A stretch of DNA of 64,000 bases from Fimbriosthenelais zetlandica (Eukaryota). The notes under the pieces are model-generated. The model made no database searches, was not told where the DNA came from, and was given only the letters and a program-made list of their open reading frames with translations. Below, in pieces: positions 1 through 10,874 of the stretch. Made by a program: the position numbers and the translations under genes. The stretch lies in the NCBI GenBank assembly GCA_977030845.1, contig OZ365114.1, forward strand, positions 16,306,001-16,370,000. The letters are read 5' to 3'. Numbering within the stretch: position 1 is the stretch's first letter; the number at the start of each line of letters is the position of its first letter.

Positions 1-854
1 GTATAGTATTAAAAGCTGCTGATTGAATTTTTAATGTCTAATTAGGATTAACAAGGTTTAAGGTCATCAAGCCAGTGCAGTTTGTAGTAGAAATCAAGAT
101 ACAAACATATTTCCCATTAAATCTGTTCCGCTGTTACTTGCTTGTTTATTGTAAGAAAAAATCTTACTAGCAATTTCTGAATGGATTAAGGTATACTGAT
201 TTAGATCCTCAATGCGATCAATGCAAATTTCATGATTTATGAATGATAAACTGGAATTCACTCACGTGATTCTTCACCGTGTCACTTGTTAACCGTTCAC
301 TTCGTCCCATAAGTCTTCCAGAAACTGTGATGAATTGACATTATAACTATTAAAATCGTGTTAGGAACCGTATTATCTTGTTATGATTTGTGAATAAAAA
401 AAAGTCATTATTAAAGTCGTGCTTCATTCAATCCTTATTTCATGATGATAAGAACTTGACCCACTTACCTTGCACTATTCAGCAGAAATTTGTTATAGGC
501 AATGTTAACCATTAACAGGTATGTTAGCTAAAGATTATCTCTGTAATAAGATATATACTGTGTGGATATGTTGATATCGGCATATTATTGAGGCTTTCAT
601 CTTTTCCTACAACAAACCACACCCAGAAGCATATTATCTATAGACATGAAGTATCAGAATGATACTATCTTTAGCCTGGATCTGAATATATAACCAAGTC
701 AAGGGATTTGTATAATATAATATCCTTTATATGACTTCTAGCATAATCAAGTTGAATTTCTGACTGTTCGCCGGGACTGTTCGTCATTCTGGAAGAATTA
801 AGCACTGCTCAAATGACTCAGTCAGTCTTTTGACTTGCAAATTTTGCAGTTGGG

Positions 855-877
855 TTATATATATATATATATATATA
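855..877. repeat. (TA)n microsatellite in the 3' UTR of the TPR gene
   Basis: Pure TA run seen directly. Confidence 0.9.
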
Positions 878-949
878 TGTTCAGAACACTTTTGGTCCAG
901 AGAGTGCGAGCAGTTAATGCCGCTAACTGAAGATGGAAGAAAGGATTCC

Positions 950-3900
950 TTATGATTCGTTCTGTTCAGAGGCACCATCCTGGTCTACATTCTGGAAGCC
1001 TTGTACTTCCTCTATCAAGTCATCCAGAGCCTGTGATATCGAAATTAAGTAAGTGTATTAATAGTATAATTGCGCAATGGCAAAGTTAGTTGATCTACTT
1101 ATAACTATGAGCATGAGTTGACCAAATTCTTTGAAATGGCATTCATTACAATTGTCCTCTTGAAGACTTACTTTGTTGTCTGGAGCATATTTCTTGCCAG
1201 CTGACAGTACTGACAGGGCTTCTGGGATAAGCTGATAGGTGGTGGCAAGAGTAGCACCTGTCACAATGTACCTCTTCCCCTTCTCTTCGCCCACATTCTG
1301 ATTTGCACAGTGCTTCTGAGCAAATTCCATTATAGCTTCTATTCCAGACGGAATCAAGTGTTTCAGTTTGAAATTCAATAACAAGGGCGATTCAGGCCAC
1401 CTGGAAGAAAAGCAAACATCATAACATCTGGAAACAAATATTTCTGAAGACTAATTAGGCCTATCCAAATATTCATCTTAATGCTAAGAAAGATTATTGA
1501 CTTACTTCAAAAGGCCAGCATCTAGGGTGAGGTGGGTTGGTCTTTTCGGCCGGACAGGAAGGTTATTATCAGCCATATCTAATAAACCATAATCACGGTC
1601 ATTGCCTAGGCCACTCTCTATCAAAGCAACAGCTGCAAAAAATAATCAACTATTAAGGAGACTTCATTTTCTTATTTTCTGTTGTCAATAATTCATAACA
1701 TAGGCTAAAATAAGAATATTACAAGCTAGAAAGATGAGATTGGAATATAAAGACAGTCTTATTAAAAATCTGTTTTTAAATGGTTAAGCTCGAGGCTAAA
1801 AAGGTAGGCCTAAACTAGGGCCTACGAATCTTGAATTACCGAGGCTAGGCAAAATATATAGGCCTAGTGATCATAGTGATCATTTCTCATCTCATGAGTG
1901 TCAAGATAGCCTATCCGGAAAGTCGTGAACACCGCACGGCAAAATATTAGGCGGGCGCTCGGCATATATTTCATAGGCTACATTATAATTCTTGCTACAG
2001 GCGTTTGAAGAGTTTCAGCGCACGCCGCCATCTTAATTTGTACAGGTATCTTAGACTTAGTTCCTTTGTTTGCCGTAGGCCTACAGGTGTTGACAATGGC
2101 GCCACCTGACGGTGAACTTTGTTCCGCCAAATCCCCTATTATCGCTCACAACTATTATCGTTTAGGCATACAGGCTTAAAGAGAGCGTAGCTCTGTTGTT
2201 TGGATGTAATCAATTCTCTATGTAAATCTACCAACTAATTTCAATTTTGGCCCATTTAGGATCTTTCTTATATCTACAAACGCCGTCTGAAAATTCCCAG
2301 TGACGCCCCATTCACTTAGCATTGAGCGTTAGTTCCTGCTTTTGCCGGTGGTGGAGTAGTAGCATGGGACAGAAAGTTCTTATCTTAGGCTAGTTCCTTC
2401 GTTTGCCGTATAGGTGGTGAGGGCGCCACCGGACGTTCAACTTTAATATGCACGTCAATCACGTGACCGACTCGTGTGGCAGCTGACTTCCGGTATTTAA
2501 AGTTCTACTTCTATGGTTCCGACCCATTCGCAAAACCCCCTATTATCGCCCACAACAATACTGGCTCCCGTCTCTCGCCGTTTACATATTACAGGCAGCG
2601 TAGCTCTGTCCTTTTGGATGCAATAGATTCTCCATGTAAATCTACAGACTTATTTCAATTTTGGTTGATTTAAGAGTTTTCCTAAATCTACAAACGCAGT
2701 CTGAAAATTCCTATCGACGCTCGCATGAACCGGCTTGGCTCAGTTGATGCAATGATGGCGGCGACTCGAAACAGTGCTGTCACCTGGTGGTTTCCCGCTG
2801 AAGTAAAGGCGTGGCGGAGCTCAGTTCACTTGCGACACACAAGGTAGCAGCACCAAAGAGACGGGAGCACATTCCCAATATTAAAACGATGGAAAAGCTT
2901 ACAAAAACACAAAATGGCTCGCTGTAATCATGCACATCGCGTTCTACAAAATCGATTTAGGCCTACACGGTGCTATTATTTTCAGCTCGGTAGACAACTT
3001 AAAATGATAGGCCTATATAAGTGACGTGTATGTAAATTAGTTATATAAAATACATACTTATTTCTCCAGCCGTTTGCCAATTGTCTTCTCGTGCATAGAA
3101 ATTGACCATCTCCCGGTGAAGAGAGGGTATACAGTTTGCCATCTTGGTTTCACATTTCATGAGTGCCTTGTCTGAATCAAAGAGATCTATATTTTTAGGT
3201 GCCTCCAAATGTGCAATTCTTTTTTTAAAATCTGTGAAATATCCATTTAATATGCGTTATAAGTTATCAGGTTTATAAACATACATGCATTCCATGAGTA
3301 CGGTTCAGCTTCCTGGTACTTCTCCATCTTAACATACGACAGAGCCACGTTTTCTTCGGCCATAATCGTCTTCGCAGAATCAGGGATTGTTGTCTGCAGA
3401 TTGATATTAAATAGCTACAGCAATGTAAATCTGATTCTACAAGACCTAAAGAAGGTTAGGCCATACATTTAATACAGAATTCGCCCGGGAGAATTAGCTT
3501 TAATGTGATTTCCATGTTGATTTCCCGCCTGATCCCCTCAGTTGTGGATTTTATCCACTCACCTTATATATGTCCAATGCTTCAAGATTATACTCTATGG
3601 ATTTTTGAAGGTCGTTACGAATTCCTTCAAGTGTACCAAGATTCATCAGTGAGAAGGCTGCATCTAAACTCCTCCGTCCCAGTATTTTCTCTTTCAGTTT
3701 GAGTGACCTGCAACGAAAAAAGCAAATTTTTAATTTTCGGTAAAAAATATGCTGAAATAAATTCGTGATGAGTCTGTAACAACCTACTTTAGGTAGTATT
3801 CTTCAGTCTTGTCATAATCTTCCATTGCACGATAGATCAGTCCCAAGTTATTGTAGAGGTAGGCCATGTCCAGGGATATCCTTCCTACCTCCTTTTGCTC

Positions 3901-6900
3901 TCGTACCTGCACATGAATATCAAGTTATTTTTTCAGCATCATAATCTTGTTAAAATAAAGAGTGGGACTTTCCTCATCAATAGGAAAACAATTGATCTCT
4001 CTCTTCCCCCCCCCCTCTATCTCTATCTCTCGTAATTCAAATTTTTTTAATTAAAAGTACCTTGATGCACTCCAATAGTGTGTCCCTGGCTTTTTCAAAG
4101 TTTCCTTTATTCTTGTAAACTGAACTTAAATTAGTAAGGAGGTCAGTTCGATTCAAAAGATCGTCGTCATCTTTCTCAAGATCAAGTGCCTGTAGGAAAC
4201 TCTCCTCCGCCTACAAGGACGAAATAATAATCAATTATTGTCATTTAATGGGTAGAACTGTCCACCACAATAAGACACGTTTCAAGTTAGAAGTTCTTAA
4301 CCACCACAAGTGAACCATACCTTATCATAATCTTTAAGGAGCAAATAACAAGCTCCCAGGCCATGGTGGCTCTTCCCTAAATCATTCTTGCTCATTTTAC
4401 CAAGTTCATACAACCTATGGAAATGAGAGAGGCAAACGAATATTGCAGTCTGTACATGTGAATGTAGAGATCCATACATGAACATGAAACATACGCAACT
4501 TTCTTCCCAAATGGAAGTATGAAAATAACTTATGTAGTCCCTTATCGTCTTTGCTTTCTTTGATTCCAGGCAAAGGTATGGGTCAGTTATCCTCCCCTGT
4601 GACACTGGGAAATGGAAATAGTGAGATGGAGACGGTGTCTTTTCAATACTAACCTTTCTCTGTCTTTGAGCACTTGTTGATGGAGAACAATTGCTTCAGA
4701 ATATCTGTCAGTATCACAAAACAAGCAGGCCAATTTGTATCTGACATCCACAACTTGTTGTTCCTTGGTTAAAAGGGGCAGATCAGATCTCCGCAACTAA
4801 AAACGAATAAACAATAGAATTAAAAGAGGGTAAGTCTATGTTCAACTCAAATTTCAACAGAAATAGAAAAGAAAAATAATCACCTCAAATGCGATCAACC
4901 GCTCCAAAAGAACTTGGGTTCCTTTGTACATTTTGCAGTTGTAGAACCATTGATGCATTGTCTCCAGTGTATTGGCCTCCTATCAATATATACAAAGAGT
5001 GGTGGTGCCGTTAGCTTGCGATTATTCAAGTCATTTCGAATGTGATAACATTTTAATTTACATTTTATAGAAATTACGTAAGGATTCTAACCCAGGCAAA
5101 GTTATCTCTTCTCTTGGGGTCCTCGTAGGTGTCCAAGCACTCAGTGTAATTGTCAACCACTTTCTGGTCCAGGGATTTTAAATATCGCCTTGCTATAGCA
5201 TCATCCTGCATTTCTGTAGCCTGCCAGTAATCATACAAAAGGTATGGATCCTCGCTGAAAAAGTCAAAATTATTACAAACTGCATTGATTTTCGTTATTT
5301 CGATGTAACCCAACTGTTTTGACGTTACAATATAAATTTGTGAACTCGATGATCATTCAAATTCAAATTTGTACCTGTATAGTGAATTGAAGGTGTCTAT
5401 GGAGGATAGAACCTTGATTATCCCATTTATATCTCCTGAACTGTAGAGAAGATGAGTCAATTCGGTCACACATCTATCGCGGGGGGATTTCCTCTCCTCT
5501 ATCGCCTCCTTTCAAACAATGACAGTTTAATATTAATATTATTTAATTCTAGCTTATAGTCGGTATAATATTAAAAGTATTTACAAATCGCATTCCTGCA
5601 TACTAAATATGAATTTATATTTACACGATATTCAGCCTGGAATATCTCGATAGTGAACTGATAAATCCTTTCCCTGAAATATAGAAAATTTTGCGGTAGG
5701 TACATTAACATAATATTTTATATACAGGTAAAGACTTGGATCATTAAAGGTAGAACCGATGGTGTATCTTACGTACCTCGACTCTGTATCCGACAAATAC
5801 TTGTTCTTGATGACGGAAACATAGTCAGCAGAAGAATATCTGTTCGAAGGGAAGATGTGGATATATAATTTCTTTAAAATTACATATTGGATAAACTCAA
5901 CAATCTTTAGATTGTTGCCATTAACGCTGCACATTTTTAACTAACAATTTATATGTTAATCTACTTTCATAACTGTGTTTCGGTCTCTTACCCCAGTACT
6001 CCTTGTCGGAGCATGAAGCATTTAGACAAACTGAAGTAGAGCGGAGTCCAACAGTGGGAAGGCACAGGGATCTCTGATTCAGAGAGTCCATGTTTGGAAA
6101 TGCAAATTGCTCCAAGTATCTGTAAAAAGGAACGTCATCACAATAAGTATAACCCGTAAATCTCTTCAAATCCATCTGAGAGAAAATGAGGTTGTTCGTA
6201 CACAAACATAATAGTATGTACATGACTGTATGCATTTTTTAATGTACAAATCTAACGCACTTACGTCTTGCACCATGTTCCCTTGGTAATCTTTTGGGTT
6301 GTAATCTCGTTCAACTCGGTCCAAAATCTTTGAAAAAAGTCCCTGAACTCTGTAAAAATAATTACTGGTATTAATGAACTACCTGTAAAAACATCATTAC
6401 AGATAAACTGCCAAAAAATATTAATGTTCAAGCTTAGGAAAGGAATCCTCCAATACTAGGCAGGGTTTAAACTTACCCTTCACTTGATAACAACCTTTCT
6501 ATTTGGGCAGTAAGGGTCCTGAAGGCACCTGAATTGCATAGTTCCTAAAAACAATATTATTAAACATTACACCAAGTCCAAAACCATTGCCAAAGTACAC
6601 TAACAGTACCGGTCAATATGACTAAAAAAGACAGACTTACATCGATGAGGAGAGTGAGAAACAGAGGATTGGCAGCTTTGTCTGAGGCAAGAATCAAGTC
6701 CATCTGTTCCGAGGACAATGATTTGGAATTTTCTTTGAGCAATCCCTGCATTTTGGTGAACAAATTGGAAAGAAAATCCTTTTAGATAAGTTGATGAATC
6801 TTGCATTAATTAACGTATAGCCCTGATTCTAGATATAAAGGTGTTTTGGTGGATTTCATTTCCTACAGATAGTTGGAATAATGACAACTTCATTGACCAT

Positions 6901-9480
6901 TGAAGAAGCTAGAACATACCTCACAGATAGTCTTTTTACAGATATACGTGAGTGGATCAATGTTCAACACCTGTGCACCGTGAAGGGCTTTAAGATCATT
7001 CAGTCTCTCTTTATTCCCTTCGTCGCTGCTACTCACAGTGGCTATGATACGAAGATGTTCAGGGAGAGGATGAGTAATCCAGAACATAGGCTGCAAAAGA
7101 AATAACATTAAAGTACCATAAATCTAGGAATTATAGGCTTACTATCCCCTCTTTGTAGAACAACGCTTAAGTCTATGGTAATGCAGCAAGAAATGTTATT
7201 TAGTTGAGTCAATTAATGAACACCTACATACTTACATTGCTAGTTCTTTCTTTTGCTTCAAGCAACTCAACGGCGTCGACCACCAATACAATGGTTGCTT
7301 TGGGATGCTTTTCCTGTACCATAGCCACACACGTTTGGAAGTCATTTTGTATTGTTTCTAGTTCAGAAGCTTTGGGTTTGGTGTAAGGCATGTTTAGGAA
7401 GTCATTGTAGATCCCCTCCGTGATCAATGAAACAACATAGCTGGGATCTATATAGAAATTTAATCAACCGCGAAAATCAGTAACCGTTGTCAATAAAATG
7501 AAAAGGACTTTTACAAATAGATTCAAATGATTAGTAGGATGAAATAAATTGTTTTAGCTTACTTGTGTTTTGGTCGGCACCGACAAAATGGTAACATATT
7601 TTGATATTGTCATCTTTGTTCCACCTTTCTTGTATCCAGTTACAAATGAGAGCTGATTTACCACAACCTCCCTCGCTGACTATGGCCAAGAAACGTGAAT
7701 CTGTGGATCAAGTTGACAGAAAGATCAGCGTGGAACAAAGAGATTTCCACTTGTTTAATTTCAAATAAAATCCAATGGCAGATCCGGATACCCCGCCCCC
7801 CCCCTCCCTCCAAAAAAGAAAAAGAAAATCACCTGTGCTTTCAACAATAGCATCCAGAGTTGGGTAGAATCGCTGACCACCCACATATAGGGAACAAAGG
7901 TTTGTGAAGATTGCCCTGTGGTTCATTTTAGAGATTTCTTTCTCTGACATCTTCTCTGGTATCTTGTTGAAAACATGTTTCTTTATTCGCTCCCACAAGT
8001 GGTTGTAAATGAATTCTGCACACTAAGAAAACATGCAAACGGCAACATGGAGACAATAATGATTTTATTTATTAATAATAGACATTAAGAGTAATAACTA
8101 ATTCCATTTCATGTTGCTCTATCATCAAATACATGTCCTACCTTTTCTGGAATGGAGTATGACATATCTATGCCAAGTGTCTGCAACAAAATTGTACAAC
8201 AAAGCTTGGAAAATCGTTCTAAACAACATTCTAAACATAAGAATTTATGACCATTTAGATACATATTGCTTAGGATGCTGTTAGAGGAATTTCTAATATC
8301 GGAATTCAATAATTAATTAAGATGGAATACAAACACACAAACCTCTGCTTCTGATTCTTTTATCCGACGTTTGAGGTCGTTCATTCTCTCAATGCTATGT
8401 TCACTTTCAGCACTGAATTTCCTAATAGTCCTTTGGTTACCTTCCACTTGACCTTCAGACCTCTTAACATCGTCATACTCCTAATTAGGATCAGACATTA
8501 CTGAACAACAATTCATAATTATCAGAAAAGAAAATGTAGTAGGATCAATTTAAGGCACTCCAAAGGTCATCAAGCCATCCGAAAAGTAAAATGTGCAATA
8601 TAAACACTGAAAATATTAAATTGGCTGGCAAAGAGTCTTTAATTCATTTCTAATCAAAGAAACTTTGAAGAAGCAATCCCAAGTTTCTGGAAATAAAGGT
8701 GGATATTTGACCAGAAATATCTACAAAACACTGCAACATGAAATGTAAAATATACAGTATAAAAACAAAAATTTGAAATCAAACTGTCAATTACCTTATT
8801 TCTGAAGCAGATGATGGCAGGTAACTGACCTGGATGGTTGAGATGGCCATGAAGGAATTCAATCTCGGTCACACTCCTGTCTCTGAATTTGTTAATCCAC
8901 GGATAGCGGTCTTGGGCTTTGTCAAAATCTTCTTGTAAGGCCTTGTCATTGATGCCATGCCATCCGTAACGCTGAACAATCCCAGTAAAATGAAAACATA
9001 GACGACATGATCCTAATCAATTATTATTGAGTTTACTATCAACAAATTCATTGAAGAATATCAAGACTCCGTTATATTTTATCATTTTTAACTCAAACCT
9101 GTCCAAAAAATCCCACAAATAAATCAGATCGGTCGATTTCACGGAGGCAGATGTTGATGGTTTGATTTTCTGACGATTCCTCGGATGTGATTCCCCATCT
9201 CATGTCTACAGTCCGCAACTGGATGCCACGGGTGGAGAGAATGGTCTTAATCTTGGGCCAGTACAACCTAAAAATATCAAAGGAAACAACTGTAAATAAC
9301 CTAATAAAATTGCACGTTCCCCTGTATGGTATCTCTGAAATATTGAAAAAGAATGCTGGTGGTGATGGGGTGGGGGTTGAGGTTGCACACTTACTTGCTT
9401 AAAGTCTCTCGTTCCAGTTCCATGCCATTGAAGGGTGATGAGATAAATATTCTCAACGTATGGGTGTCTTTTAACTTCAT
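950..9480 (-). CDS. DUF4062 (NPHP3_N/TEP1-like) + NACHT/AAA_16 STAND NTPase + TPR-repeat protein, NPHP3/TTC41(GNN)-like; 28 coding exons, roughly 1150-1200 aa
   Basis: All introns GT-AG with consistent phases. Exons include 9480-9395 (MKLKDTHTLRIFISSPFNGMELERE), 9267-9099 (VDMRWGIT...ICLREIDRSDLFVGFFGQ), 8971-8795 (RYGW...SVTEIEFLHGHLN), 7700-7563 (Walker A SEGGCGKS, YHFVGA), 7447-7235 (Walker B IVLVVDAVELL), the NPLFL motif near 6660, 6120-5993 (ISKHGLSESE), TPR exons 4796-3058 (HHGLGACY, LYNNLGLIY, SLKLKEKILG), then 1632-1506, 1400-1172 and 1030-950 (TAA). An in-frame stop lies upstream of ATG 9480. Family assignment is from motif recognition; exact orthology is not resolved. Confidence 0.9.
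2047..2720. repeat. Two diverged tandem copies (2047-2306 and 2381-2720) of a CpG-rich element inside intron 25 of the TPR gene
   Basis: Collinear shared blocks: tatcttag..tagttcctt.gtttgccgta, ggcgccacc, cccctattatcgc.cacaac, gcgtagctctgt, atgtaaatcta, ctacaaacgc.gtctgaaaattcc, gacgc. Copy 2 carries an insertion of about 80 bp. Confidence 0.85.
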
Positions 9481-10042
9481 TTTGTCAATATTTTATGGGG
9501 AAGAGCTATAGCAAAACATCCCTTCACCTGAAATATAAATGTAAAAGACAATACATGTAACGATTAAGTCAGGTACGACTAGAATAAAAAAAATTGTTTA
9601 TTGGATAAAGAATTGTTGTAGACATGTCATTTGTTTGTTCTTTATATAAGAACTGACATAATCCTGAGCAGATGTGAGCAGTTCGCAAGCTCGCGGTAGG
9701 AGCTTTGGGAGCTATACTGATATGCTGCATACTGAGGTGCTGCCAGCTACCAGCTCCTGCCAATACCCTGATCTATACATTTTTCATGGTACCTTGAGCG
9801 AAAATACAATAACCACGCTTGAAGCAGCCCCGCCTTCAGCGGTAGCCTGGCACCCAAACAAATAATGTGATCAAAATGTTCTCCCAGTAGGCTCAATTTC
9901 ATGAACAACAATTACTATATTCCTCTGAGATGAAACATTTCTCACAATATAATATGGTTTAGATGAAGGAGGCTCATTATGTGTACTCATATATGTATGT
10001 ATCGTACAGAAAATACATTTGATATGCATGAAATCTTCTTAC

Positions 10043-10200
10043 CTTTGCAGGTGTGCTGTTCAACAGGTAATGTTCAACCTGTATATGACTAATCTCGTGC
10101 TATGTTCACGCGCGTGCGTTGAGCCATTCGTAAATAAAATAGTAGTATCAGAGTCGCTACAGGGTCAACCACAAACCTGTTCCACAGTAAAGAATAGCCC
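10043..10200 (-). promoter_or_regulatory. Probable non-coding first exon/promoter of the TPR gene
   Basis: Strong minus-strand donor AAG|GTAAGA at 10042. The coding exon has an acceptor at 9528, so an upstream exon is required. CpG-rich cacgcgcgtgcg near 10108. The TSS position is inferred. Confidence 0.45.
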
Positions 10201-10874
10201 AGTCTGCCCAAATGATCAAAGAATGGAGAGCTACAAAGCATAGCCCATGATCTGTGCTCCTGATATATTACGATTATACACCTAATCAAAAGTGGCGAGG
10301 CAATGAGATTCAAAAAGAAATCATGTGGCCGTGTTTTGCTACTGTCAGTTACCCAAGACAGTTAAATGGATCAGTCATAATCGGATCACAATTCAACGGT
10401 AATAGAATTATCCCGAAATATACATGTTCCTATTTTATGACAATTAAAATTCCTTTGCTGATCACCAAGCGCGTTGATCCCTAAAGTTGTGAAGGAGTGA
10501 ATAACAAGGCAAGGTAATGGATATTATAAGTTGGTGCTATGCCCCTCGTCCTGGGATATCGGATAAATTGTTGAGTGAACGTTAAACAATTATTATATGC
10601 TAATACAAAATCTGCCATTCCCTGAGAGTTAATGTTTTTTTAGTTGATAAGAGATTTCCTAGTAGAATGGTAGCATTGTTTAAAATTAACGATATCTACG
10701 GAATATAATTTAATACTTGATAATTCACAGCACATCATGTGTGTACCAGCCATCGTTTTCACATAGAAATCTTATCAGTCCATCGCATGATAAAATGTTC
10801 ATCTGGCCTACAAATTCAAAAAGTCGCTTCGACATAGCTTTATTCCGACACATGCCCCGTTGAAAGCATCAGCT

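Noticed and set aside
720-730. ATATCCTTT U12-type donor consensus
   Set aside because: It is on the plus strand where there is no gene; all reconstructed introns are GT-AG U2-type.
2728-2775. tRNA-like A-box (tggctcagttg) with a putative B-box
   Set aside because: Poor B-box, spacing too short, no cloverleaf.
9569-9900. Possible extra N-terminal coding exon of the TPR gene
   Set aside because: An in-frame TAA lies just upstream of ATG 9480, so any such exon would be UTR.
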